NCBI GenBank assembly: GCA_010909165.1 | Contig: VJWM01000354.1 | Coordinates: forward strand, 1-42,849 | DNA: 42,849 nt | Origin: Anthoceros angustus | Lineage: Eukaryota > Plantae > Anthocerotophyta | Reading direction: 5' to 3' | Part shown: positions 1-13,683 of the stretch, in pieces | How positions within the stretch are numbered: the stretch's first letter is position 1 | Layout of the letters: each line of letters starts with the position of its first letter | Notes under the pieces: generated by a model | Database searches by the model: none | Told to the model about the DNA's origin: nothing | The model's input: the letters and a program-made list of their open reading frames with translations, nothing else | Program-made: the position numbers and the translations under genes

Positions 1-1556
1 AGGGTGGTGGACGAGGGCCTGGGGATAGTGCCGCCAGAACCCCGGGGGCGTGCTCGGGCAGAGCGGGGAAGGAGAGCACTTTCGGACGAGAGGGATCTAA
101 GGACACCACAGCAAAGAGGTAAGTCCGTCCACGCACAAGGCAAGAAGGAGAGGGGTTTGAGTCAAGGGAGGAGAAGCCTGTGGGATATGGGACATGAAGG
201 GGTCCGGTGGGTGAACACGGACCCCGAATGCTCGGGCGAGGATGTCTAGGAACCAGCGAGGCCCGGACCACGAGGTCCGGACTCGGGCGACCGAACCCTC
301 CAACTCGGAAGGTGGGACCCCGAGGTCCGGGACTCGGAAAGGGGAAGGGTGAGTGAGATCGATCTCAACCCACCTGAGGCCGGAATGGGTTCGAGTGGAC
401 CCACAGGGCAAGGACCCACCAGCGCGCCAAGGTTTAATGAGGAGGAGGACTTGGTGGTCACTGCGGTTGTCGCCAGAGGCGCACTGGCTGCAGTCTCGGC
501 GGAGGAGGGCCTCCGCGTGCGGATCATCCGATTGGTCTTGTTGCAATTGTAGCCGGGGATTGGGCACCGGTAGCAAAGGAATCCTGGTCAGCCATAGCCC
601 CACCGCCAAAGACGTAGATAGGAAGCTAGGGAAGATAGGGGATTGCGTGCTGGGGCAAAGTGAGCTCCGACATCACCGGGCAAGATAGAGTAATAAAGGC
701 CCCTCGGGGACGTGAGTATCCGGTGCTCGCCCATGTGGAGGCCATTCAGCAAGTCGATTCCGACTTCGCATATGATCATGTGGAGCTCCTCAAGGCGGTG
801 GAGGTAGTACCCCACACAGGGCAAATTGAAGGGCCGAGGAAAGAGTCAAGGAGGGTGGACCACGAGGGCACAGGGATAGTGCCGCCAGAACCACAGGGGC
901 GCCTGTTCGGACGAGAGCAGCAGCGGGGAAGGAGAGCACTCGGACGAGAGGGATCTGGCGGACTTACAGAGAGGTAAGTCCGCCGCACCACAAGGCAAGA
1001 AGGAGAGGGGTTCCGGCGAGTCAAGGGAGGAGAAGCCAGGATATGGGACATGAAGGGGTCCGGTGAACACGGACCCCGAATGCTCGGGCGAGGATGTCTA
1101 GGAACCAGTAGGACCACGAGGTCCGGACTCGGGCGAGACCAACCCTCCCGAACTCCGGAGGCGGACCCGAGGTCCGGGACTCGGAAAGGGGAAGGGTGAG
1201 TGAGATCGATCTCAACCCACCCAGTGAATGGGTTCGAGTGGACCCACAGGGCAAGGACCCACCAGTAGCGCCAAGGTTTAATGAGGAGGAGGACTTGGTG
1301 GTCACGCGTTGCGTTGTCGCCAAGAGCGATGGTGACTGACAGTCTCGGAGGAGGGCCTCCGCGTGCGGATCATCCGATTGGGTGTGCCATTACAGGTGAG
1401 GATTGGGCCAGCCCAAAGGAATCGTCACCATAGCCCCACCGCCAAAGACGTAGATAGGAAAGCTAGGGAAGATAGGGGATTGCGTGCTAGGGCACAGTGA
1501 GCTCGACATCAGCTCAGTATAGGAGTGTAATAAAGGCGCCCCCTCAGGACGTAGTA
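1..1556. repeat. Tandem duplication, period ~851 bp (1-~718 matches 852-~1556)
   Basis: agggtgg..gatagtgccgccagaacc at 1 and 852; gagtgagatcgatctcaacccac, gacgtagataggaagctagggaag etc. occur twice; copies differ mainly by indels. Confidence 0.9.
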
Positions 1557-2460
1557 TAAGAGGGCGGACGCCGCTCCAGTAAAGCATCTTTCTTTTGGGG
1601 TTGATACCGCGTTATCTCACAAGCCCTTGTGTGTCCTTTGTTGACGCGAGTTCTGAGTCACTGAGCGGGCAAGACTACTCCGAAGAGACTGATCCAAGTC
1701 CTAGTGACGGACCCTAACGCGTGGTGGTGTGTGTGCATGTGCCGACGACCGGATCACCGCCTCCGTAATGGGACCGACCACACGGACCGAGCGCGAGACT
1801 AGTGGAACTCAGAGGGCGGGCGGACGGAGGGACACAGTTGAACGATCATGAGGTCCTGCACCGAGCCCACCCGCGATTTCCAACTGGTAATGTATATAGT
1901 GAGCGCGGTAGGAGAGGCGGACTAGAAGAAGGGGCGTAAGGCCAATTTGGTGAGGGAGCGTGAATGACGAGGTCCTTGAACGTTTGGCCACGCCGGGCTT
2001 GTCCGATGGACGCTTAGGAGTAATTAGGAAGTGAAAACGATCGCGTTGGGGTCTCGGATAGAAACCCTTCCCAACGACGGGGCGAGAATCGGGTCATGAA
2101 CGAGCAAAACGGAACAAATCATTCCCTTGGGAACGGACCCCTTACTGCAACAACACGGGATTACTACGCGCCCGGCTGGCCGTCAGCGAAAGTCTCGCCA
2201 CACCTGCTCAGGAGTTAATCATGTGACTATTCGTATTAGGTCTACTTAACCATTGTATTTAAGAACAATTATGGATGCTATGTAATTCATTCTTTTACTT
2301 TACATTATCTGAGTAATAGTCTTATGATCTCAAATTGACAAGGCCCAACCGCTCCGGCAACCCTCCCGCCTTGACTTGCCAGTGGTCCATGTTGGGACTC
2401 TACTTGGTTGCGATCGCATTTGCGGGCGCAGAGGAAGAGGATGCGCCCCTAGCCATCTCT
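1..2460 (-). mobile_element. Degenerate, probably TE-derived coding-like region (family unassigned)
   Basis: Broken minus-strand frames run from an ATG near 2455 (MARGASSSS...) preceded by a pyrimidine-rich UTR-like tract, through 1-2000. No host-gene or RT/INT motif was recognised, so the TE origin is inference. Confidence 0.3.
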
Positions 2461-4375
2461 ACAACATAGAGATAGAAAGAGAAGAAATCTAGTAGGTAGG
2501 AGACGGTGGAGAGAATAGAGTACTCCCGGCGCAAAGACAATAATGGCGGGTGGAAGAAGACAAGAGCGAAAAAGAGCAAAGTGTGGGCAAAGAGGTGATC
2601 TAAACTAAAGAGAATGAGGTATGGAGTTCTCAGATAATGCAATGTGTTTGAGAGGGAGAGGTAAAATAGTAGTAGACCACGTTGTCAAAATAGGCTTGAG
2701 CTATTAATGTAGCTAATTAACTAGCAAACGCGCATATGCTTGATGCAAAATGCTTCCCCTTGGCATCTCAAACTGTAATGGCTCGATCACGGCCTTCTGA
2801 ATAGCTGCAACCACAAGCAGATTGGGCGCTGCTCCAGCTTGAAGCCGCACCTAACCCGGTGCACCTGGCTCATTGTTCATTTTTTATTTTTAAAGATAAA
2901 AACCTCTCTATACTCATATTTGTATGGAATACCGATTTGGTCACTCGGCATCGTGTGTGTGACTTTGGTTTTTGTGGATGTACGCTACGGAAACATGCCA
3001 CGGCATCTTTGGACACTTAACAATACATGTATAATCGTGCACATTAGCTTCAGCCAGGTTCGTAACGGCAAAAACTTTCTATGACACGATGATAGGCTAT
3101 TGTTCCGATTGTGTCATGCACATGTTTTCTTGTTTAGGGTTTTAGGTTCGATCACACACATACATGTTAAGCAGTGACCCAAGACACTATGCACCCCATA
3201 GGGGCGGGGCCTAAAGCGTTGCGACATATGCGGCTGCAAACACCTTTACCTTGCGTAGCAAATGCACTCACCGCGCCACAAACACGCTGCATGAGTGCAA
3301 AGGTGCAAGCGCAATTACAGCAGTGGCGCAGCAACGCAACCGCTCATGTCGGCGCCCGGTGCACGCCATGGTGCACGCAATGGCAAACGCAACCCTAAAC
3401 CCGAGAGAAGAAAAGTTTCTGTGTATCGTGAAAGCTTTGTGTGCATCATGGGGTAGGTTGACGACATTAATACATCGGGGGGCCGCAGCCCCGACCGATG
3501 TGGTCATGCGTGACATAACGAAATAGTTCCGCCGTATGCGGCGGGACTATTTCTTTCTGTCCACCACCCTAAAAAAATGTGGATGCCGTGTGACCAGATC
3601 GGTATTCCATGCATTGGTATTCTATATGGATGATAATTATGGAATTGAAATAAATCATATACATAAATTGTGAAAGAGATTGTCGTAGAAGGATAGAACT
3701 AAACTTCGGATGGATTCATCATTTTCATCATTTCTATCGGTAAAATCCACATGCCGGTGAGTAATCCGAAAGCACTCCGCACGCTGCTGACAATACAGTA
3801 ACCTCCACGTTCCCTAACACCTACAATCAAAGCTCCACCTATATACCTCTACAGAGGGATAGAAGAACGATTAACCTAGTTCAAAAATGTCCTCGAGTAC
3901 TGCGTGTTCCTTGAGAGAATGTACGGCTCGGTTGCAGTTTCTGACCGACTGATGCGGGCATTGGAGGTGGCTTGGTTCTGTACTGTACCCTTCCTGGCTC
4001 CGTACTAACACTACAGCAGGTCTTCTTCTAGTGGTGCACTGCAGCTGCGCTTGCTGTCCTAGCCTAGGTGATTGCCTTCGTGTACACTCGTCTTCTGCCG
4101 CTCCCTAGCCCCTACCCTTTCTCAGCTGTCACATTTTCTCTGTGGTTCTACCCTTGGATGATGGTGGGGTTATGTTTGATAACTTGGCACATCATCGCAA
4201 TAGTGAACACAATGTCGGATTAGGAACACAGTGGCTTGAGGCGGAAGCGGCGAAGTCGGGAGGTGCCATGACATGTATGATCGTCAGAGCGACCCAGGAT
4301 GCCTTATTGGTCTTTGTGATTCTGGGAGCAGGAGCACGAAGAGGTAGATCAGTTGTTGGATAGGACGAAGCAGAG

Positions 4376-7300
4376 ATGCAGGCAGCTGTGCAATCTGGGG
4401 GGCCCGCACCAAGAGCTGTGACAGGGCCAACTTCTTCTCAGCAACTAAAGTCTGGAACTGACATAAATGCAGCTGTAGTGCACTCAGCACCTGGAAAAGG
4501 CAAGAAAAGAGATCGAGCTGATCAGCACCTCGATCCCAGTAAACGTGAGCGCCCTTTGAAGCCAGATGATAATGATTCGACTCTTTTAAAGTATGACCGC
4601 CCTATGAGACCTGAAGATATTGGTAGCATTACGGACAAGGATGGAGGCCTCTCCAACCTTGCTGCAGTTGATCGCCTGGTGCACCTTATGCAGCAGGAGA
4701 GGATGGAGAATGCCAGTAAAGTCAATGATCCAGGTTGCAGACGAAGTATGCTAGCAGGTGTCATTGTGGCCAGTGAACGGGAAGATTGTCTGGAGCGATT
4801 TGTGCAGCAAGGGGGGTTGGCTTTGCTGGATGACTGGCTCCAGGAGGCTCAGAAAGTAGCGAATGGGGACGCCGGGAGCCCAAAAGAAGGGGACAAGGCA
4901 GTGGAGGAGCTCCTGTTAACGCTTCTGCATGCACTTGATAGACTTCCTGTGAATTTGGAGGCATTGAAAACTTGTGTGGTGGGTAAGTCGGTGAATCAGC
5001 TGCGTAGCCATAAGAACTCAGAAATTCAAAAACGGGCTCGAAAGTTGGTGGATGTTTGGAAGAAAAGGGTTGACGCTGAGATGAAGTTGACGGGAGAAGG
5101 GAAGTCTGGATCGAGTCATGAGATAGCCTGGTCTTGCAAGCAATCCTCAGCAGACCTTGTGCATGTGCATCTTCTGAAAAGTGGTGTGCCTCCTGAAGTT
5201 GCTGTAAAGAGTGGTTCAGGGCCTTTTCCAAAGGTCAACTCAAATAGCTGCTGTCCTGGAGAGACAAGGTCCATTGCTGGCGCCCCTAAAACCTCAGAAT
5301 CTCTTTCCCCTAACTCTGCAGGTCTGAAGGATGGTTGCAGTAAATTTTCAGTCAACAACGTAAACACTGACATACCTGCATCTCTGCCCAAGGAAGAGAA
5401 AGGCAGCGACGCTACTCATGCTCAGAACAATGGGCAAGTATGGTCAAGTGGAGTGGGAAAAGGGTGTACCTGGAAGGAAAATGTAAAGAGCTGTACACCT
5501 TCAGGGCTCAATCCCAAGCTGCTCCCATCTGGACTCTGGCCTAATAGTGTATCTGGGAAAGCATTTCCAGGCATTGTATCAGGGGTTCAGAAGGAGATGG
5601 TTGCTGGAAGGCCTCTGGTCTGGAGTAGGAATGCTGCTAATGACAAGGCATGTGCTACAGGACCCACCATTGAGAAGAGCACAATTGATGTTTCCCGTGC
5701 AGAAAGTTCTAGTGCTCAAGGGAGGTTAATGGGAAAAATTCCAAGTCATGGAAAGAGTCCCGCACGAGTGAGTGGAGGAACAGAAGCCCCTGCAGTTCAA
5801 TCTGGGAGGGGAAATTTAGCTACCGTTACTGACAGACAAACTGGGAGCTCCTCGCTATCCATGAATTTGGCGGATGTCACTGAAGCTAAAGGAAGGCCAC
5901 AGAACAATGGAAGGATAATTGGCATATTGGAGGCATCTGACGAGACAAAAGCTGCACCATTTGGCGGAGAAGACGATAAGAAGGTTTCTGGTGCAAGGAT
6001 TCCAAGCAGTGATTCTGAGAATTTGGTCAGTGAAGGTACCAACCATGGGAGGTCTGCTGATGAGATGCGAAAAGTTGAGTCAGCTCCACCCAGTAAAGCT
6101 GACTGCAGCACAGAGGACTGTTTATCGAAGGGAGAGAGGGAGATTGAGGGAGGGAAGGGTCTGCAGCCTCATTTGGTCGTTGTTGAGGAAGATGTTGCTG
6201 CTGATGTGGGCGGCATAAGTCTGCTGGCAAATGTCCTAGCTGTTGAGGTGTCAAAGGGGACTAGTGTAGCTAGGCCTGTTGAAGGTGTACTAGATAGAGC
6301 TGTGAGGTGCTCATTTGACATGGCGACTCAAAGGGATGAGTGCAAAAGGGAAGGCTGCAGCATGGATAAAGTTCGGGGAATTGCTTGTGACAGTATACCA
6401 AGTCCACCAACTGTGGCCTCTGAGGTTGGTCGGGCCATTGGAGTGGATGTCTCTTCACTTAAAAGTACACGGGAGAGGGTGGGCATGGACACGGAGAGCA
6501 AGGGAGGTAACAGTCCACCTGGCACTGGTGTCTCAAATGAGACTGACACAAAGCAAGAAAGTTTCACACCCAATGTAAATGTAGTAAATGAGATCAACAG
6601 TGATGCACTAGAGAGAAGGCTGCCCCTCCCTGAGGAGGAGCGCGCTGTCACTGGTGCAGTGGGCCCTCTTACTACTTCACAAGATGTAGGGGATGCTTCA
6701 AGGCTTTTCACTGGAGAGGAGGTGCAACTATGTGCACAATCATGTGATGCAGGTCCAGAGAAAGATTCAAATGTAACCACCGATGAAGATATGCACGGAG
6801 TGCTGGGTAACCAGACTGTCTATCCTATTGGAGGGAAGTCTGGCAGGTGGGAAGGTGTCATTGATGATCGAAAGTTGTCCCGGACCCACTTGAAAAGTGG
6901 TAAGCTTTCTGTGGACCTTGCTTGTGTGTTTGCGTAAATTGTATTGACTGCAGCATACCCTCAGTGAACTATGGCGTCAAGGAAACAGCTGTAACGATTC
7001 TGGAAATCTGTGTGCAGGGAAGAGAGATCTGGAAGCAGGGGGGGGCCTCATGTCCAGTGAGAACTGTCTTTTCGAGGATGACGCACTTCAGGTGGCACAG
7101 CAAGTGGGAAAAGAAGCTGAGCAGGATATCAAACGTTTTGGAAAGCGAGGAAGTAGTTCATGTGCTGATATGGACAACATGGGTAATGATAAAGTGGAAC
7201 ACACTGCTCCAGTTGCTGGCACTGCTGCTGTGGGCCTCCCGGAGTCCAGTTTGGAGCACCGATGGCAATCACTTGTTGAATGTGAGTTCTCCGATCAGTA

Positions 7301-9188
7301 TAAGGATGTTGGTGGAGCTCACCAGCAACTCTCTGCACGGAATGCTGGCTGTTCCGATGATAGTCAAGAGACTGTCACAGAACGGACTGAAGATGTTGCT
7401 GATAGAGCCACAGGTCTCGGTGCAGGGGAGGAAGTGGATCAGTTGGGCTTCTGCACTGATCAAGAAAGAACAGTCGTTGCCACAGCTGTAGAGTCTGAGT
7501 CTTTGCCAGTTGGAGGTGGCATAGAGAAGAACCTTGCAAATTCAGGTGGTAGGCCTGTTAGCAGGTCGTCGTCAGATCAGGCTGGCCATCTTCAGAATCT
7601 TCCTCAGAACGTTCCTCATAATGTTCTCAAATCTGGTCAACGAAATTCTCAAGCTGGGGAACCCACAACACCTGAGCAAGCAACTGAAGTTCTTGGCCCC
7701 AGCGATGGCCCTGTCGGAGGCAGCGATGCATCTGAAAGGCCTGATTTTGATCTCAATGAAGGCATACCAGTTGAAGAACATCCTCAGGATGATGCTTCAA
7801 CAAACTTACCATCTGTAGATTCTCCTGTTGTAGTGATCAATCATCCAGCAGCTGCAAACTTGACGACTCCTATTGCTGTAGTGGCAGCAACAAAGGGCCC
7901 TTTTATCCCACCGGCTAGTCCCATGCGCCTGAAGGGTGAGCTTGGATGGAAGGGTTCTGCAGCTACCAGTGCTTTTCGTCCTGCGGAACCCAGGCGGACG
8001 CCTGAAAGACAAGCGGGGGCTTTGGACACTGTCCTGAGCTCAGGGTTGAGGCGGATGAGGCCACCTCTGGATATTGACCTGAATGTGGTGGATGAAAGAG
8101 GCTTGGATGATGGGTCTGGAATGCCAAGCCCGCAGTTTCAGATGTCTGACATTGTCTTGGGGCTTCAGGAATTATCATGCCCAACGCGCTCAAAATTATG
8201 CCCAGATTCTACGGAATTTATGAAGGATTCTCCAGTGATTCACACCCTGGTGAAGCTGGATTTAGATCTCAATAGAGCTGATGAAAGTGAGGAAAGTGGC
8301 ACCTTATTGATGTCAGATTGGAGAGTTCCAAAGACGGTTGGGTCTTCCACTGAAACTAAAACCTTCAGGCCAGTGTTGCGAGATTTTGACTTGAATGATG
8401 GTCCTGCTTCTGAAGACAATTTGGTTGATGATACTGTTGGTCTGTCTGGAAGCTCTGCAGGCCTGATAAATCCCCCGATGTCACTGATAGCCAACCTGAG
8501 GTTGGGCAATGAGGTGACGCATGCACCCTCTTGGGTTGTTCCAAACAGCTCATTCTCTGCTGTTGCTCTGCCTTCTGTCTCTATGAATCGTGCTGAACCA
8601 TCCTATTCAGTTGCTGGTGCTGCTGCACAGTATTTAGGTGCTAGACCTAGTTCTGTCTCATTTGCTAGCGAAAGATATAGAACAGTAAACAATCCTCCAG
8701 GAGCAGTGTCCATTGCCTATCCCACAAACCCACCTCCTGCTTTCTGTGCTTATTCTTTCGGATCCAGTTTTCCTTTCGGCTCCTCAGCAGGATTTGCAAC
8801 TAGCTCCTCACCATATCTGGAGTCAGCTGGATCCACGTCACTGACATCGTCTGTGTCCTCTCACACATTGACTTCAGGGGTTCTAAATGCAGCATATTTG
8901 AGACCCCCTTATGTTCTGGGTATTGCTGAGGTGCCTGCACAGGATGTGGCCATGGCCAATACTTGGACGAGGCCAAGTCTAGATCTCAATGCTGGTCCAG
9001 AGTCAGTTGAAACTGAGATCAGGGAAGATGTTCTGGCTGGGAGACAGCCGGGCCTTGCAAGCGGGCAAGTCCTATACAATGACCAGTTGAAGGGTCCCCA
9101 CACAGGTACTCTGAAGAGAAAGGAGCCAGAAGGTGGTTGGGGGGACTCATTCAAAAGTGGATTCCCTCACTCAGCATGGCGCCACTAG
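4376..9188 (+). CDS. SUO: SUO-like TFIIS N-terminal (helical bundle) domain protein; exons 4376-6899 and 7018-9188 (1564 aa from Met 4376)
   Basis: TFIIS-N region (LDDWLQEA..LLHALDRLPVNLEALKTCVVGKSVNQLRSHKNSEIQKRARKLVDVWKKRVDAEM), DDALQVAQQV, GWKGSAATSAFRPAEPR, five DLN/EAR-like motifs and C-terminal LKRKEPEGGW match the Arabidopsis At3g48050 (SUO) family. A GT-AG intron 6900-7017 (GTAAGC...TGTGCAG, phase 1) joins the two long ORFs in frame. Confidence 0.88.
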
Positions 9189-10122
9189 GCATGTACAGCC
9201 AATCAGGTGGTGTGTGTGGCCCTCGGAAGTAATTACATATTGCCCGTGATTGCCATTGTGGCATTCTTTTGGTGTTTAGGCAGTTTCGTGAGCCCTGGAA
9301 TCATAAGTCTATGATCAGTGGAGCACACCAGCCAATTAGGTGCTGTTTCTCTCTATCATGTGTAGTGTTCTGGCGGCTCTTCAGGATTTTCTGCGATGTA
9401 CTTCATTTTCGGGGAGTTTTATTAGCGTTCCTGCTGGCAATCTGGTTGGATCTCATCTTTTACCCGTGGAGGAATAAGCTTGGCTCTAGCTGAACATTCA
9501 GAGTAAAAGTGGTTTTGTGGAGGGGTCGCCAGGAATTCTCTCTGTAAACAGGTCGAGGTTTTGCGCAGAGTGTACATATGATATTCTGTTTGAGTTTAGC
9601 GTGCCTGGCAGTTCACACCGTAGTTATTCAGGCAGGGTTTAATGCGGATGTTGTTACCATTATTGAGTGTTTAGAAATCTTGTCACACCTCTGGCGTTTA
9701 AATGACAAGCGTAAGGTTTCCTGACCAGCCAACGCTTTTGTTCTAAGCACCGTGATTCCCGCCTGCGCTCCAACGAGCCCGACAGTCGGAGACAGCTTCT
9801 AGCCAGAATATATACATTGGCCACCATCAAATTTATCCCGGGTGCACCACCTACCGTTATGTATCGTGAATCTCGTCGTCAACCGCGGGCGTCTCGTGGA
9901 CGAATCGGAAGACGCCGTTCAAACGCCTCGGCACATGGATAACAAATTTATTAGGTCCAGGCACGCATTACGGAATTTTTGTAGAAGATTCGGAATTATC
10001 GAGGGACGAGACGCAACACGCCTTGCAGAGAACTGCAGCTTTGTCCTGCTGGAAATCAACGCAATTTGCTTTGGCCACCGGCTGTAAGGCAGACCCTTCC
10101 ACTTGTGGCCCTACTATGCAGC

Positions 10123-11999
10123 TCAGTCAGAAGCCTCCAAGGCTGCGGCCCCAGATATGATCTCGATGAGCTCTGTGGTGATTTGTGCTTGCCGTGATCT
10201 GCATAAATAGAGAACAATGTTTAGCGCCGAGTCAACCAACGTTCAGTACATTCTAGAGACGCCATCAGTACGATCTACAGCTCAAAGACTGCCGAAACCT
10301 GGATGCAACCATTGCAGGCTCCAACCCAAAGGCGATTACCAACCTGTTATAGCTGAGAGTAAGACGCTCCAGCATTTCACTGGCATTTCTTGAGGAGCTG
10401 TCCATGGCAGACATCCTTGCACCCATCTCGCTTGCAGTATTTTCCAAGATACCGTTGAACAAATGCTGCAAACGTCAAATGCTACAGTCAGACAAACGTT
10501 GATAGCTCGGCTCTGAGAACCTCAAGAGCATGCTCCACGTAACAAGAGCTTTTTAAGGCTTTAGAATTTGAGCTCATGGTTTCAGCCATAAGGCCATTGA
10601 GCAAATGAGACAGGAAGCTCCCTACCGTGGTAAATGTAAGTTCACTTAGATTTTGAAGAACTTCAGCTGTGGACTCCGCACCCTCAATCTCATAACCGTC
10701 CAGATATGCGAGCTTTCCTCCCTCAGATTCCCTGGCTGTCACCTGTACAGAAGACACCAAGACTTCACTTTTACGCACGTCTCATACAAAGAAACTCAGA
10801 TGCCAGGACATTTCCCAACAAGTCACCCACCTCTGGTGAAACCACGGTAGTCATAGTGGGTTGAAATGCTACGACAGAGCGGAATTTGTTGAACACCAAG
10901 CTCAACATGTCATACTCCAAGCTCTTTAAAATCTCATCTGCCATCATCGACACCTGACAAAAAAAATTCAAACACTACTGATTCATTTATGACCACTATA
11001 CCAATACCAGCATCTCGCAATTATATGACAGCACAATGAGTTGAGACCTGGGTGAAACTGAGGTCCACTTTCTGAGTCTCCGAGATAGTAAGAACTATGT
11101 CCTTCTTTGAGTCTCGTGCCAGCTGGGCCCTGCCCTTCTCCCCGATAATAACAAACTTTACCTGTTTCCCTTCCCCTGAAGGCAAGAAGCATTCATTAGG
11201 ACTATGAGCTCTGCTGGTCCAGTACTCGGGCAAGGAGCCTAAACACCTGAGCTGAAAAGGTGTTGATCTTGCGGCCATAACATTACTCAAGACCAGGGAG
11301 AGGATCAGAACCACAGATCATACCCGTCACCAGCCTCTGTAGGGCCCTGCTGAATTTGACGGCCGTCGTATTGATGCCACCGCATAAACCCCGATCGCTT
11401 GTAACGGTGACAATCACGTGCTTGTCGGCGTTGACATCTGAGGACCAGAGTATCAGAATGAGTGACTGACTGACGATCGCTGCGATACGTAGGAGAGATC
11501 CCTGGCAGCTCAAATCTTACCAGGCACATCTCCCAGTGTGACAACAAATGGTTGAGGAATTCCCCGAGAAGCCTCCACCTTCACCTGTACACCGCGAAGC
11601 TTTGAAGCAGCGACCATCTTCATGGCCTTCGTAATTTTCTGGATACTTTTCACACTTTTCATCCTGTTCCTCACTGACACACAAAGCATGTTCAAACCCG
11701 CGACACAGTCAGGAGTTGCCTCATGCCGAAGCTGGAACAATGGAAGACGACATCTTGCAGGATGATACATGATTCTCGTGTACCATGGCGGATCGTGTAA
11801 CGATAAGAGTGAGGAGCAAAACTAGAAGGCGAGAAGACCTACCCACTTGATTGGAGACCATGCGGGTACCAAAAGGAGCTACCTCCCAGCAACTTTCAGA
11901 GAGGGCGCCACGCGCCACAGACCACTTCGTCCGCTCGCAAGCAGAATCCAGCAGAGTAGCGACGCGCAGAACCCCGCGGCGAGCATTGGCCCAAGCCAT
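10123..11999 (-). CDS. ATP3: Mitochondrial ATP synthase F1 gamma subunit, 8 exons (11999-11843, 11673-11521, 11437-11324, 11175-11048, 10953-10831, 10742-10626, 10465-10344, 10198-10123), 329 aa
   Basis: [74 protein letters not shown]. All introns are GT-AG, exons sum to 990 nt in frame, and there is an Arg-rich presequence. Confidence 0.97.
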
Positions 12000-13344
12000 G
12001 ACAGTTCCACGTCCTCCCGCTTCTAGATGCTGGCGCCACACCGCAAAGCTACTGAGCAAAACAAGTGAGTCGTGAGTGTATCAATCGCTCGTCGATTCCA
12101 TATTCCTCTTCTAGGCTTTTTGTGCTTTAAACCCCGAGCGACCAGCCCGTTTTCGGCTTTTGTAAGACCTTAATGTCTTTAGATTATTTTATATTTATTC
12201 ATTCAATTAAATTATAAAATATAATATATCCTTTCCTTAGAACTATACATCATCAAAATCCGATGCTTGGATGGAGAGAAATATTTCTCATTTCTTTCAA
12301 TCGTCATTTGCTTTTTTTTTTCACTGTAAACTGTAAGTTATACTCACATTTGACATTTGAGTCAAATTTTATATTGTTTAGACAAGTCACGAGGGAATCA
12401 TGTAGTGACCCGTCAAATGACTAATCAAATGAAAATTTGGTCACAATACGAGGAAATGTCCTTAGAGTTCCTTATGAATTGATTAAAAGATTTAAACATG
12501 TTTTCATGGAGAATTTAGCGTGGTCATCCCGGTCATTCCAGAATATCACCTTGTTTCCTCCATAAAAACATGAAAATATCTATCTATCTAGTAAAAGAGG
12601 TAAAAAAATATATAATATAGAAATAATAAAAATGAAAGCTGCTCGTCAAAGCTACTACGTCAATTGCATGTTTGGACTAAGAGTGGTCGCATACACGCAT
12701 CTCTTAGTTTAGAAGCTGCAATTATTAGAGAGAAATTGCTCAGAGGGGAACTCTTGAAGATGTTTGATTTCATGGAATTCCAAAGATAGCAGTTGCTAAG
12801 ATTTGGCGAGCCTACATAATTTACTTGGAACTTAGAAATCATTCCTTGCAAAACACTATGGAAAGTGCTTCACGGAGAGCTAGATGTGAAAGCTTTGTCT
12901 CAAGTCTAGGGAGTAGCCATAAGGGTGTTGATAGTTAGACTCTATGTAAGTAAAGGGCAGTATAGCCTCAATTTCAATTTCAATTTCAAAGAGAGAATCT
13001 CGTACAAAAAGACCTCGCTCAAGGAAAGTCGGTTCACCCAAATACTGGGACGATTACATAAAAAAAGAAAAAAAAAAAGAGCCTATTGTGTTGCTTGCAA
13101 AACAACCTCTATTGATACTCTTTACACTTGTAGTTGGATCTTCCTCCAAATGATCTTCCAGTTTGGAGTAAGATCGATGTGATCCTAAGGTACATGCTAC
13201 TTAGCACGTGTCACCCTGTGATTGTCTAGCTAGCACGTGTCACGTTGTGTGGGACAATAAACCTATTATATATTTTATTAAATTTTATACTATTAAATTC
13301 CAACCTATAGTTGTTTACTTTAAAATTGGGTGGTCTTGCGCATA

Positions 13345-13573
13345 TGAAATTGTTGATTATTTAATTAATACTTATAGAGCATTGTATATACCCAGGGCAC
13401 CGTTCATAATCCTAGATGAATGCTAGTTGGTAGTTGTAACCGTTTTCATGTAGCTAGGACATATTGCTTGTTTCCCTCAACCTTTTTGTGATATCTACAT
13501 ATATATCTTTGCCCACGGTGTCATGGGTTGCTCAATCTGCTATGAACCTATAAACGGAACATGGTATCGAGCC
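13345..13573 (+). repeat. 5' LTR of A (~13345-13561, start inferred from TG) plus tRNA-iMet PBS (13562-13573)
   Basis: CA directly followed by TGGTATCGAGCC (TGGTATCAGAGC with one base missing). The left edge is uncertain because no second LTR is available. Confidence 0.7.
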
Positions 13574-13683
13574 ACAGCAGATCGCTTTTATTCTATGCAT
13601 AATGATTTGCTTCTTTGGTGTGTTTGTAAAATTGCTTGTTTTTCTAATGGCAATTTGTCTCAAACCCTAGCACACAAGGCAAG

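Noticed and set aside
3130-3500. TTTAGGG/CCCTAAA motifs and a GC-rich palindrome
   Set aside because: Isolated copies, not a telomeric array; no element boundaries identified.
4142-4363. 73-aa ORF upstream of SUO as a possible first coding exon
   Set aside because: It has no BAH or SUO similarity and lies mostly within the inferred intron 4068-4331.
6922-7491. 189-aa alternative-frame ORF bridging the two SUO ORFs
   Set aside because: A GT-AG intron 6900-7017 joins the main frames directly, and the conserved DDALQVA motif is in the other frame.
4522-9154. Many antisense ORFs of 60-156 aa over SUO
   Set aside because: Expected shadows of a long coding sequence; no motifs.
13202-13245. Two TAGCACGTGTCAC copies (G-box/ABRE-like)
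   Set aside because: They lie ~1.2 kb from ATP3 next to an LTR, with no evidence of function.
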